DNA of 64,000 nucleotides from Malacoraja senta (GCA_038087875.1 CM075990.1:11100001-11164000); one strand, 5' to 3'. Positions 1 through 12,364 are shown, counted from the first letter of the stretch. Made by a program: numbers and translations. Notes: generated by a model from the letters alone, not told the origin.

Positions 1-442
1 CTGGTAGTAGAAAAACTCCTTCCCTCTGTATCCATCCCTTCTGCACTGATGGTCCATGTTCTATTTGCCTTTCTCATTCCTTGCTCTATGTTCATGCTTT
101 ATGCTCTGTTCATGCTTCATTTCAAATGCCAGGACCTACAGATACCTCTGCGTAGGAACATACTGTAGTCATTCTTTGTTAAAACAATATTCCCCTTTTC
201 TATTCTTCTGAATAGATAACCTCACAGTGCTCTGTCTGATTGAACTATAGCTTTGTGTTGGAGCCCTCTGGATATGTGCATTTGCTGACAAATTGCTGTG
301 CTGCTTATGACATCTTAACGATCTATGTACATAACCTTAAATCTCTTTGGATCTTTGCTGCTCCTAATTTCCACAGCCTTATGTGTACCAGCAACGGAAC
401 AGTGAAATTCTTGCTGCAGCCTAATAGGTCTGTAAACACAAT

Positions 443-640
443 TCTGGGTTCAATCCTGACTTCGGGTGCTATCTGTACAGAGTTTGTACGTTCTCCCCGT
501 GACCTGCATGGGTTTTTTCCAGGAGCTCCGGTTTCCTCCCACACTCCAAAGACATACAGGTTTGTAGACTAATTGGCTAAATTGTCCCTAGTGTGTGTAG
601 CGTTAGTGTGTGGGGATCGCTAGTCACTAACACAAAACAA
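443..640 (+). mobile_element. HE1/V-SINE-type tRNA-derived SINE, 5'-truncated
   Basis: B-box GGGTTCAATCC followed by the family body (gggtgctatctgtacagagtttgtacgttctccccgtgacc...cacactccaaagac) seen many times in the window. Confidence 0.8.
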
Positions 641-815
641 CCTATAATAAATAAAAAATAAAAATAAATGAATAACCCAATATTAGTGCACAGAAAATCT
701 GAAGCAATCAAGATAATCTGTAGTTGTAGTTTAATTAGTGTTGTGTAGTCTTCAAGAGTTTGATTGTTGTTGGAAAGATGCTATCCTTGAACCTAGAGGT
801 CACGGTTTTCACTCA

Positions 816-1122
816 ATAGAAACATAGAAAATTCGATGCAGGAGTAGGCCATTCGGCCCTTCGAGCCAGCACCACCATTCAATATGATCATGGCTGATCA
901 TCCTAAATAAGTACCCCGTTCCTGCTTACTCCCCATATCCCATGATTCTGTTAGCCCCAAGAGCTATGTTTAACTCTCTCTTGAAAACCTCCAGTGAATT
1001 GGCCTCCACTGCCTTCTGCTGCAGAGAATTCCACAGATTCACAACTCTCTGGGTGAAAAAGTGTTTCCTCATCCCAGTCCTAAATGGCCTCCCCCTTATT
1101 CTGAAACTGTGATCCTTGGTTC
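816..1122 (-). mobile_element. CR1 LINE 3' fragment
   Basis: Minus ORF HSFRIRGRPFRTGMRKHFFTQRVVNLWNSL (CR1 ORF2 C-terminus), CR1 3' UTR and short tandem tail. Confidence 0.9.
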
Positions 1123-1529
1123 CGAATACCTTCTTCCTTCTTATACCTTCTTCCCAATGGTAGAAGTGAAATGAGAGCATGGCCAGGATGGTGTGGGTCT
1201 TTGATGACTGACATTTGATGATGTGGAATTTTGCCACAGTTTTATCCATTCTATTAATTTCTTGTGCAATTTAAAGCTTCCAGTCCCAATGCTTATGGTG
1301 CTGTCTGTCTTTCTTTGTCTTTAGAAAATGGATGCGTAATTTTCATGCTCACCATCATTTGCAGAAAGCAGATGATGGTTGAGGTTCCAACACAGGTCTT
1401 GTCAGGAAGCCGTTAGCAATGATTATGAGCATCTGCCCGTTATCTCTACTCGGACCTCTCCCACTCCATCAAATTAGACCCTAGCTATATCTCAAACCAT
1501 TCAGTTAGCCAAACAGGCCCTTCAGGACA

Positions 1530-1820
1530 TCATAAACAGACAACATAACATAACAGCTCACATGAGACGCAGAAATTACATATGAAATACAACAATAAAT
1601 TAAAAGACATAAACCATGAGTACAAATAATAGCCACACAATAAAAGCAATCAAAAAGAAATTAAATCAAGTAAATAAAGTCAACATCTTACTGGGTATCA
1701 GAGGCCACGGAGAAGAGATGGGTTTTAAGAAGTGATTTAAAAACAGACAGAGAAGAAGCCTGTTTAATGTGGAGAGGCAGATCATTCCATAATTTGGGTG
1801 CCGACACAGCAAAGGCATGT
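1530..1820 (-). mobile_element. L2 LINE 3' fragment
   Basis: AFAVSAPKLWNDLPLHIKQASSLSVFKSLLKTHLFSVA* is the typical L2 ORF2 C-terminus. Confidence 0.85.
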
Positions 1821-2454
1821 GATGCTGGAAGAAACCTGAGCAAACTAACATGATCAAAGGAAGAAGAGTAAACTCTACACAAACAGTGCCCAAGGACAGG
1901 ACTGAACCTGGGTTGCTGCAGCCACGTAAATGAGTAAATTATTTCTTAGTATTTGTTCAATAATTTTAAAGGTGTCAATTTGTATACTTTGCAGTCCTCA
2001 GTGTTTAACTTCTGTTGAAGTTGAATTTGAAGGGTTGAACATGTCTCCGTTGTATGTGGTTCTGACCAGCAGATGGCAGTACCACTGGTGGGATTTGTGT
2101 CGACTTCTGTAACATAACCAGAATGCCAGGATTTCAAAACAATTATATTTTTAAGTTCTGGTTCGATTCATAAATGGTTATATATTTATTAGTGTCTTGG
2201 TATTAACATAGTCATCAGCCCATGTTCTTAATACAAGATTTATTAACTTAAATAATCTTGTAGTTGCCTTGTTAAGTTTAAATAACTATTTCATCAACAC
2301 TATTATATTCATTGCTACTTTTAATGCATCCTAAGGAGACAAAAATACACACGAAACATATGAGGTCAGGTCATCAAAAAATGGTCAAACAGGCTCTCAG
2401 TCTTAAAAGAGAGGTTTCATTAGGGAATCGCAGAACACAGGGCCTTGGCAATTG

Positions 2455-3130
2455 AAGGTTTAGGTTTGGGTTTATTACTGTCATGTGTGCCCAGGGTCAG
2501 CAAAAAACGTTATTTGCATGCTATTCATTCAAATCAGATAATACTACACAAAAAATACAATCAAGCTAAACTTAACTACAATCGGAAGGTCAAAGGGCAA
2601 TATGCAGAGTGCAGAGTGCAGTTTTTTCTCAGCATTGGAGCACACCAGATCCCAAGACAAAGTCTACTGTTCGCAATGGGGCAGAGATGAAACAGACAAG
2701 ATAATAGCTTATGGAAGGACCGTTCAGAAGCCTGATCTTCTTATCGAGTCCACACACAAGATTAGAAGTTGTTCAGCCAGAGCTGAACACACGTCTCGGC
2801 ATCTGCATACAATGGTGTCTGTCTTGTCGCTTCTTGTGCTTGGTAGTGGAAAGATTGGTGGAAACAGGGCCGCGACGTGAACGCTCTTTCCTTGACCCCA
2901 GAAGCCTGATACCAGAGATGAAGAAGCTGTTCCTGACTCTGGTGGTGCATGCTCTCAAATGCCAGTAACTTCTGCCCGATGGGAGCAGGGAGAAGAAGAA
3001 ATGACCGGGGTTGGCCAAGTCTTTGATTTCTGTTGGCTGCTTTTCCGAGACAGCGTGGTGTAGATGGAGTCAATGGTGGGGAGTCTGGTCTGTGTGATGG
3101 ACAGGGCTACATCCACAACCCTCTGCAAGT
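2455..3130 (-). mobile_element. Rex1/Babar-like LINE 3' fragment, interrupted by a younger insertion
   Basis: Antisense frames give ITQTRLPTIDSIYT..RC..KAA and SLLPSGRSYWHLRACTTRVRNSFF; 3' UTR ends in ...catgacagtaataaa. Confidence 0.75.
2737..2898 (-). mobile_element. 162-bp non-LTR retroelement 3' end (Vingi/Ingi- or RTE-like)
   Basis: 12-bp direct repeat cagaagcctgat at 2725-2736 and 2899-2910; minus frame ends YADAETCVQLWLNNF*, then a short UTR and aagaag tail. Confidence 0.6.
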
Positions 3131-3225
3131 ACTTGAAGCCATGGCTGCTAGTGAAAGAGTGGTTCAGTTATGCCCGAGAGAGCTGGAGAGATTACAGAGA
3201 TGGGGGAGGTGCAATACCACATGCA

Positions 3226-3532
3226 CTGTGGCGCAGCGGTAGAGTTGCTGCGGCACGTACAGCGCCAGAGCCTTGGGTTCGATCCTGACTACGGGTGCTG
3301 CCTGCATGGAGTTTGTACGTTCTCACCGTGGCCTGCACGGGTTTTCTCCAAGATCTTCGGTTTCCTCCTACACTCTAAAGACGTACACGTTTGTAGGTTA
3401 AATGGCTTGGTATGAATGTAAAATTGTTACTAGTGTGTGATGGATGGTATTAATGTGTGTGGATCACTGGTCGGTGTGGATTCAATGGGCTGAAGGGCCT
3501 GTTTCTGCGCTATTTCTCTAAACTAAACCAAA
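3226..3532 (+). mobile_element. HE1/V-SINE-type SINE, full length
   Basis: A-box tggcgcagcggtag, B-box ggttcgatcc, CR1-like 3' end gggctgaagggcctgtttc, (ctaaa)n tail. Confidence 0.9.
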
Positions 3533-3869
3533 CAATAGTCAACACTAATATTCACGCCTCCCAATTCTGAGGCCATTTCTTCCCTCCTTTGTAATATCTC
3601 AACTCCCTCCTGTGTTTAATGAATCGTCCTAAAGCTCTGCCTCTCCCTCTTCATTCTGAAACGCCCCAGTGAATTCTATTTCATCTCTTTTTCTTCAAGA
3701 AGTTGTTGTGCGCCGTATCAAACATAAAGATGATTTGAAATGTCGCACCACGCTATTTAAGAGCGAATGACCAAGGATTTAATAATGCGATGTGATCCAT
3801 TGAGATTCACAGAACTGTATGAGCCCGTAGGTATCTCCCATGGATCAGCATTTTACTGGAACAATCCCA

Positions 3870-4157
3870 TGTCCCTGTCACTACTTCAAGTATTTCTTAT
3901 CAGGCAACTGAACCATCCTACTGCAACTAGAGAGCAGTCCTGAACTACTATCTACCTCATTGGTGACTCTGGGACTATCTTTGATTGGAGTTTGCTGGTT
4001 TTACCTTGCACCAAATGTTATTCCCGTATCATGTATTGATACACTGTGAATGGCTCGATTGTAATCATGTATTGTATTTCCACTGGCTGGATAGCAGGCA
4101 ACAACAAAGTTTTTCACTGTACCTCGGTACACGTGACAATAAACTAAACTGAACTGA
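3870..4157 (+). mobile_element. Rex1/Babar-like 3' UTR fragment
   Basis: Ends ...ttttcactgtacctcggtacacgtgacaataaa(ctaaa/ctgaa)n; same tail recurs antisense near 28810, 49670 and 51995. Confidence 0.7.
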
Positions 4158-4556
4158 AGGATTTCTCCATTTTCCTGTGTGTTTGTTTTTGAGAAAGTGC
4201 AATGTCTTTCCTGGCTCAATTGCTCCCCATGGCAAACATGTCTGCGCTCTGACAACAGTCATTCAGCCATTATATCTTTGTCAGAGGACAGAAACACTGA
4301 GCTAACTGAGAGAGGGAATTAGCCACAGCATATTACTGTCCAGGAATTGACACACAGGGACGTTAACACCATTTAACTGGGCAAAAGATGCAGGAGTGAA
4401 TCATGCCTTGTGCCCATCAGGTTATGTGTGTTGATTAATGCATTAAATCCAGTCATGGGTTGTGTGTACAACTGCTGGTAAAGGCAACATTTATTGCACT
4501 GAGTGAATGTCTGGGCCTTTTCAGGGACATTTTAACCACTGAATACATTGTTCTAG

Positions 4557-4852
4557 GGTGGTGCAGTGATAGAGTTGCTGCCAGAGACCCGGGTTCAATC
4601 CTGACCACGGGTGCTTGTCTGTACGGAGTTTGTACTGTACGATCTCCCCGTGACCCGAGTGGGTTTTCTCCAGGACGCTCTGGTTTCCTCTCACACTCGA
4701 AAGATGTACAGGTTCGTCGGTTAATTGGCTTGGCATGAAATGTGAATTGTCCCTGGTGTGTGTAGGACAGTGTTAGTGTGCAGGGATTGCTGGCCGACAC
4801 GGACTCGGTGGGCCGAAGGGCCTGTTTCCGCGCTGTATCTCTAAACGGAACT
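4557..4852 (+). mobile_element. HE1/V-SINE-type SINE
   Basis: A/B boxes, family body and CR1-like tail. Confidence 0.9.
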
Positions 4853-5099
4853 AATGTAAAAAGTGTGGTTGTTTATAGTCGGGGCGGGAAGGATCTAGTC
4901 CACGTTTGTGAAAAGGATAGAACTTTATTGATAGTTGATGACAAATTGATAGTTCCATTGTCATCATCAGTGAGGTTGGCTTTTTGTTCTAGATTGATGT
5001 GATTAGGTGAATCCAAGTTATCCCACTGTCGTGGTGGGATTTAAGCCCGTTGCATTGATAGTCTCGTGAAGGCCTCAAGATGACCAGTCAAATAGTATG

Positions 5100-5665
5100 A
5101 AGATGGACACAAAATGCTGGAGGCACTCAGCGGGACAGGCAGCATCTGTGGAGAGAAGGAGTGGGGGATGTTTTGGGTCAAGACCCTTCTTCAGACTGAT
5201 AGTCGGGGGGGGGGGGAGGGGAGATACAGAGATAAGAAAGTGTAATGTGTGTGAATGAGACATCAAAGGGGATGGAGATCAAGAAAATGTAGAATAGATC
5301 ATTGTTAGCTAGCAGAAGGTAACAACAAGGCACTCAGAGATAAAATGTGATCAGGGACAGTCGGACATGTCGGAGAACTGGGAAGGGGAGGGATGGAGAG
5401 AGTGGGAAAGCAAGGGTTACTTGAAGTTAAATAAGTCAATATTCATACCACTGGGGTGTAAGCTGCCCAAGGATTATGTGAGGTGCTGTTCCTCCCATTT
5501 GCACTGGGCCTCACTCTGACAATGGAGGAGGCCCAGGACAGAAAGGTCAGAGTGGGAATGGAGGGGGAGTTAAAGTGTTTTGCAACCGGGAGATCAGGTA
5601 GGTTTAGGCGGACTGAGAGGATGTGTCAGCAAAGTGATCATCGATCCTGCGCTTGGTCTCACCTG
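5100..5665 (-). mobile_element. Penelope-like element 3' part (GIY-YIG end, pLTR, decayed hammerhead)
   Basis: Reverse complement of the GIY-YIG/pLTR sequence at 25420-26010. Confidence 0.85.
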
Positions 5666-5763
5666 CTATGATTTGATATAGAAAAAAATTCCCATAAACC
5701 TGGTTCTCATGCTCTGTGCTTTTTGTTGTTTAGGCTGTCAGGCTGCCAGGAACTGGACCTCAC

Positions 5764-5901
5764 CACTTCCAGTTGCAGGTTGGTGATATCCAATAGCTTC
5801 TGCCCACAGTCCATGCTCACTCGATGTCTAAGTTCCACTAAAAAAAAAGACATGGCTGTCTGCTGCAACATTTCCTCTAAGACATTAGAAAGATTGTGAA
5901 T
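5764..5901 (-). CDS. Candidate internal exon (phase 0-0, 46 aa) of an unidentified gene
   Basis: ttgccttttctgctccag acceptor, open frame IHNLSNVLEEMLQQTAMSFFLVELRHRVSMDCGQKLLDITNLQLEV, GTG|gtgagg donor; no homolog recognised. Confidence 0.25.
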
Positions 5902-6044
5902 CTGGAGCAGAAAAGGCAACATGACTTCTCATCAACTAAACTGTGTAAAAGACTGATCAGCGTTTTTGGGACGTCTTGTACGATTGTAAGAGTCCCACAA
6001 TGGTTGGTGGAATAGATCAAGATCTTCTATCCAATCTGAATCCA

Positions 6045-6235
6045 AGACCTTTTCATAGCTCTCATTCCTCATTCTTCATAGCCCTCGTTCCTTGTACCTT
6101 TTCGTACCTCTAGTTTCCCTCTCCCCTGACTCCAAGTCTGAAGAAGGATCTCGACCCAAAACGTCAACTACTCCTTCTCTCCAGAGATGCTGCCTGACCC
6201 GCTGAGTTACTCCAGCATTTTGCGTCTACCTCCGA
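6045..6235 (+). mobile_element. Penelope-like pLTR fragment with mutated hammerhead
   Basis: ctgaagaaggatctcgacccaaaacgtc at 6138-6165 followed by the family body. Confidence 0.8.
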
Positions 6236-6349
6236 TCCAAGTTGTCAATTGATCCATTGCCCGAATGGCCATTTCGTTGCCAGTCACGAGAAATAATGAA
6301 CAGAATACAATGTCAAATCTTGAGGTTATTGATTGCAATTACTCTGTGC

Positions 6350-6622
6350 CTGGGGTTGGTCAGGTCGGGGGGGGGAGTTCCCCCCCCCCGCCACGGGGAC
6401 CATGTAATCCCGTGCTACCGGCTCAATGGTCAGATAGTCGGTGACTAAACCGTCTCCCTCACCTGGTTTGCCAGGTGAGGAGGGGGCTGTGGACCCCCAG
6501 CAGGACAAAAACAAGACCTGTCAAAGGGCGGATGAGCTCCAAGCGAGCAAACGGTCATCCAAGCTTCAGTAGAAGTTGCGATCACTGTCGTACATTGCGT
6601 TGTAAGGAGTGAAGAAAAACAT
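6350..6622 (+). other. GC-rich multi-hairpin element, possibly the 5' UTR of a non-LTR retrotransposon (RTE-like)
   Basis: At least six consecutive stem-loops, including perfect cctcacctgg/ccaggtgagg, in AT-rich surroundings; family assignment is inference. Confidence 0.5.
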
Positions 6623-8035
6623 GAAATGTAATTCTTCCCTCTCCTTGCTTCTCAAAAGAGAAGTTGTTAATTAAATTAATTAATTAATGGGTTTGATCTT
6701 CAACATTCAGAGTCCAAGGTATTACCACCCAGGAGAATGGGTCTCAGAATTTAGACAGTGGTGGTGAATAAATAGGAACTCATTTCCAAGCCAGAATAGT
6801 ATGTGCGTGGAGGGGAATATAGAGGTGGTGTGTGTGGATTTTGCACGTCTGGGAGGAGCTGCCAGAGTAGACCAGGCAAGTAAACTGAGTGCATTATAGA
6901 GATGTAGACACTGCAACCACTGTACTCCCCACTGTGTATTGGACAGGAGAAGAGTTTGTTTATTGAGAGTTTGCCTTTTGGCACACACTTCCCACTAGTT
7001 CTTGCCACTGTGTTTGATGCACATTGACATCCCCACTAAAGCATTTCCACTTCTGGCATGATCTCTGCAGGTTTCTAGCATGATTAATTAAACGTGATTG
7101 CCGGGATGCAATGCAGTCAGTACACGTTAAAGTAATTCAAATTACGCATTTGTGTGTATTCTGTGATGCATGGCACACATGAGTAGATTCTTTGAGTGAA
7201 TTGTTATTCGCTCCCCAATGCCGGGAAGTAAATGCTAACATTGGAAAGTCAAGAGTTGTAACTTAAATCACTGCAGTGAATATTAGCATCTCTGCACAGG
7301 AGAGTTATCAGTCACTAAAACTTCAACCGATGATGTTTTGTACAATTCTTGCTCTAAGCTTCTATGTAACTTCTTTACCCTCCCAACATTTAAGGAACTG
7401 TTTGACAGGTACATGGATAGGACAGGTATGGAGGGATATGGACCAAACCCGGGTAGGCAGGACTAGTGCAGCTGGGATGTTAATTGAAGAATGTCGAGGG
7501 GCCTAGAAAAAATGATTAGAGGTTCTAATTCCCTCAGCCAAAAACCAAGGGACATAATTTGAAAGGAATTGATGGAAGGATTAGAGGGGGAAAATGAAGA
7601 AAAGTATTTTAATTCAGAGATCAAGGAACCGGGAATCTGCTGCCTGAAAATGGCGGTGAGGGCAACATATTTTAAACTTTACTTGAATAAGAAATCTTTT
7701 CAACTTGTACATTCCTCTGAGGTTAGAGGAAATGGCTACTGTTTTTCGACAAGCAAGTTCTGTTATCAGAGAGGGACACAAGGAACTGCAGAAGCTGGTT
7801 TATAAAAAAAGACACAAAGTGCTGGAGTAATTCAGTGGGTTTGGCAACATCTCTGGAAAACATAGATAGGTAACATTTCAGGTCAGGATTATTTGTGGAT
7901 GAGTTAATGTAGGAATGTGTAGGGAGGTTTGGTAGGTGGCCAGCCAGTCATTGTGTGAGTGTGTTGGCTGATACTGTAACTGATTAGTTTCTTCTGGATC
8001 AGTGGTTGTGGTCGAAGACTCGCTTGTCCAAATCT

Positions 8036-8360
8036 GATTTCTGTCCTGGGCCTCCTCCATTGTCAGAGTGAGGCCCAGCGCAAATTGGAGGAACAGCACC
8101 TCGTATTTCGCTTGGGTAGTTTGCACCCCAGCATTATGAACATTGACTTCTCTAACTTCAGATAGCCCTTGCTTTCTCTCTCCATCCCCTCCCCTTTCCA
8201 AGTTCTCCCACTAGTTTTATGTCACTGCCTACATTTTTTCTCTGTGCTGCCCCCACCCCTGACATCAGTCTGAAGAAGGGTCTCGAAATGTCGCCAATTC
8301 CTTCTCTCCATAGATGCTGCCTCAACCGCTGAGTTACTCCAGCATTTTGAGTCTACCTTG
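8036..8360 (+). mobile_element. Penelope-like element 3' end (GIY-YIG C-terminus plus pLTR)
   Basis: gaggaacagcacctcgtatttcgcttgggtagtttgcacccc (LEEQHLVFRLGSLHP) then pLTR. Confidence 0.85.
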
Positions 8361-8604
8361 ATACATTGGGATTTTGATTGCTGCTCTCAAGGATGCAGAG
8401 GGCATTGTTATTTAACAGATTTTCTCAGGATTTTTATTTTGGGCTTTGAATTATCGGGGTGGGGGGGGGGGGGAAGGGGTGGCGGAGGGGCGGACAGAGG
8501 ACTGAATATCACTGGCATTGCGAGAGTTCCACTGTTTCGCTTTGAGAAAAGATCTGCCCATTGTTTCACCAGGCCGGGAACATTCCCAACTTTAGTCTTC
8601 CTGA

Positions 8605-8830
8605 AAATAGACACAAAAAGCTGGAGTAACATCAGCGGGACAGGCAGCATCTCTGGAGAGAAGGAATGGGTGACGTTTTGGGTCGAGACCCTTCTTCTTC
8701 CTGAGTCTGAGGAAGGGTTTCGACCCGAATCGTCACCCATTCTTTCTCTCCAGAGACTCTGTCTGTCCCGCTGAGCTACTCCAGCATTTTGTGTCTATCT
8801 TCAGTGTAAACCAGCATCTGCAGTTCATAC
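8605..8830. mobile_element. Palindromic Penelope-derived mini-element
   Basis: Two inverted pLTR arms meeting at the hammerhead region (~8700). Confidence 0.85.
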
Positions 8831-10481
8831 CTGACTTTAATGAGTTAGTGTTGCTTTTCCTATTGCACTGTCACATTAGATGTAAACTGCTGGCGAGACT
8901 GCAATCCAAAAAGACTCTATGTCTGTTCCACTAGACGCTGTTAATGCGCGATGTCCTTTTATCGGGGATCTGACTGCTTAGTTTGATGTTCAGGCTGTTT
9001 AAAGGAATGTAATGCAATTGACCGTATTTTGAAAAATTATATTGTGTTTCTGGGAATTTTAAAGCAGGCAGTAGGTCCTGGACCAGTTTGGAATCTGTAT
9101 GCAAAACACCCAGGGATGTTGAAGCTGAGCATGTAGAACAACTTTATGGAGCCTGGGTGGCCAACACCCACAATTTGGTTTGAATTCTGACCATGCTGCA
9201 GATACTATTGTTGCATGGCAGGAAATGTGTTGCCTGCGTTACTGCATGTGTGTATAAAACCAATTAGGAGTTCTCTGTTTGAGATTGGATTCAGAACTCG
9301 TATATCTAATACTATGCTAGTCCACGCAAACGTCTCCTTTGGGAACAAGAGGGCAGTCACTGAGCTGTGCTGGCAACTTACCACCTTTTCCTTTGACCCC
9401 ATCCTCGTGCTTGCTCCCTAGTCATACAGTATATGATCGGGTCCTTCAGCCCACCAAATCAACCTCAATAATCAACGACTTATTGACACTAATCCACAGT
9501 ATATGGATACACGATAAAGGGAATGATGTTCAGTGCAAGATGAAGTGCAGTAAAGTCGGGTTAAAGAAAGTCCGTGGGTCTCCAGTGAGGTAGACAATAG
9601 CTCAGGACCATTCTCTAGTTAATTGGCTTGGTTTAATTGTAAATTGTCCGTACTGTGCGTTAGTGTGCGGGGAACGCTGGTCGGCACGGACTCGGTGGGC
9701 CGAAGGGCCTGTTTCCGCACTATCTCTAGACTAAACTAAAAAGCACTGCCTATTGATCCACGGCTGACACTGGATCCCCGAGACAGGAACAGCCGTGACT
9801 AGCGGAAAACTGAACATCACTGAGATATTGGATGCTGCACTCGGATCAAGTTGCTTTTGCTGCAGACTTTGTTTCAAACATAATACATAACTCAGATGCA
9901 TTCATTGCCACGTGCCATCGTGTTGGCCTATTTTAAAAAATGCACTGTAAGTTGAATGTTGGCATCGTCTGCAAATTTCCACTGCGCTCCCTGTGCACCT
10001 CAAGAAGAACTATTAAAATAGCGAGCAAGTTGCCCCAATGATATGGGATCCCAATGCACAATAACAACCTTTCCAAAAAAAAAAAGCTGCCCTCAACCAT
10101 TTTCCTTTCTAATAACGCACTTTTAAATCTAATTTATTATTTTTGCCCTGTTTCTCTTTGCTGTAATAATCTCTGCTGGGCATGGATCAAGTGCATTAGC
10201 AAGAGATTTTGACAATTTTTACTCGAGCTAATTCAAAACCTGGAGACTCAGCCGTATAATCAGATAAAGTGACTATGCATCATTTTAATTATTTAAGCAC
10301 AAACATTTCAGAACAAATCTGCATGGCTGTCCACAATTAGTCTGGAAATCCACAATGCTTAAAAGGATGACTGCATTAGTTTGCTCCGTTAAATATATGA
10401 CAAAATTAAGCTTTCGGAATGACATTGTTAGTTACACTCTAGGCTCGTGGCACCTAATCAAACCACCTTCCTTTTAAGTAA

Positions 10482-10673
10482 TGTGTAGGAAGGAACTGCA
10501 GATGCTGGTTTAAACCAGATAGACACGAAAAGCTGGAGTAACTCAGGCAGTATGTCTGGAGAGAAGGAATAGATGAAGCGTCTGACGAAGGGACTCGACC
10601 CGAAACGTCACCCATTCCTTCTCTCCAGAGAGGCAGCCTGTCCTGCTGAGTTACTCCAGCATTTTGTGTCTTT
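10482..10673. mobile_element. Palindromic Penelope-derived mini-element with 15-bp TSD
   Basis: cttccttttaagtaa at 10467-10481 and 10674-10688; inverted arms. Confidence 0.88.
10582..10609 (+). ncRNA. Minimal hammerhead ribozyme core (one mismatch in helix II)
   Basis: CTGACGA-A-GGGAC-TC-GACCC-GAAAC-GTC. Confidence 0.6.
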
Positions 10674-11649
10674 CTTCCTTTTAAGTAACTTTTATTGGCT
10701 TCTGTATAAACTGTGCATAATCCTACGAAGGTTTCTGGTTCGTGTTCTCTGCACATATTTTTAGTGAATATTTTAGAACCAAGATATTTGAATTTATGAT
10801 GGCATTTGAACGAGGGGGAGATTGAAAATGTGATTTCAAGAATGGGAGGCCAGTGAATATAAAATAACTCTCTTTACGAGAGGTGGGAATGTTATCATTC
10901 AAACTTGATGAGTTTAATAAGAAAGAAGTAGTTAGAGGAATACTGGTTAAGCATGTAAGGCGTGGCACAATAGCACAGATGGTAGAGCTGCTGCCTCAAA
11001 GCTAAAGAACCCCTTCCAATCATAAACTTGGGTGCTTTCTATGTGGAGTTTGCACAATCTTCCCTTGGATTTCTTCCCACATCTCAGACATGCAGGTTGG
11101 CAGGCTAGTTGGGCACTGAAAATCCCCCCTAGTGTCTGGATGAGTAAAACGGGATGAATGTGGGATTATTGAAACTTCTTGAACTTCTTGCGTAGTACGG
11201 GTGTCGGGGGTTATGGGGAGAAGGCAGGAGAATGGGGTTAGGAGGGAGAGATAACTCAGCCATGATTGAATGGCAGAGTAGACTTGATGGGCCGACTGGC
11301 CTAATTCTGCTCCTGTCACTTATGACATTATTATAAATGTACGGTTAATGGTCAGCATGGACTTGATGGGCCAAAAGGCCTGTTTCCGAGATGAATAATT
11401 CTATCGTCATTCTACATATGGATGGAAGGGATGCAAAATATAAGGTGGTCTAGATGCTGACGGAGCTTAAACACTGGACGCATATAGAAAACGATTTACT
11501 CCTCATCACCCCATTTACTCATCCTGCTTGCAAATCCTTCTTGATAACGTTTCTTCCAACTATCCAAGAATCTTTTTTTTACTCCACTTAGCAACCGGAC
11601 TGCCAAGTCCTATTGTGTCTGTGAGTGACCCACTCCACTGTGTTGCTTC

Positions 11650-12000
11650 ATGCCGAGGAAGTCCTGGTTGGGTTGCCCCTGGGCCTGGCCAAGCTGGCCA
11701 TCCGTGAGTCACGGCGCCAGGCAGAAGAGGGCTCTGCCCGAGCCGGCTGCCTGCCCCTTTTCCGGTGTTTACGTCCACGCCCGGGTGGTGTTAGAGAGAG
11801 ACTACCCGCTGTCCACGGGCACCCTGGGAGATTTCCGGGACCGCTGAGCACCACGGGGGGTTGAATGCATCCTTGACAAGGAGTGTAAGATAATTGTATA
11901 GTAACTTATCGTTTGTCGTGTATTATGGGTTCTGTTTTGTTTTTCACTGTATTCTATATATTATTTTTATATTTGAATAAATATTTTCGATTAAAAAAAA
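11650..12000 (+). mobile_element. Tx1-clade (L1 group) LINE, 5'-truncated
   Basis: VLVGLPLGLAKLAIRESRRQ...ARVVLERDY resembles Tx1 ORF2 C-terminus; AATAAA and A tail; TSD ctgtgttgcttc at 11638-11649 and 12001-12012. Confidence 0.8.
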
Positions 12001-12364
12001 CTGTGTTGCTTCTTACAACTAAATAATTCTAATAAAATAAAATACTTCTAATAAACTAAACTGATAACTATATTGGAGGGTGCCAGGCATCAAAAACTTT
12101 GAATGCTCCCAAACCATAATGTCACCTTTCTGTTCCCTCCAGAGATGCTGCCTGATCTGCTGAGTTACTCCAGCACTTTGTGTTTTGCTCATGATTCCAG
12201 CATCTGCAGTTCTTCGTGTCTCCAAAAACATTTGTGTGTTTGTTGGGGGTATGACTCTGGCCCTGGGACCAGTGTTCACCGATCACCTGCCATGCTTTGT
12301 CCTGTCCCTCCTAGCTTTCAAAAAAAAATCTTTCTTCCAACCCCATTCCCCGGACCTCCACACA

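Noticed and set aside
6528..6560. Hammerhead-like cggatga-gctc...gagc-aaac-ggtc
   Set aside because: Core positions U4 and G12 are missing; folds more simply as a hairpin
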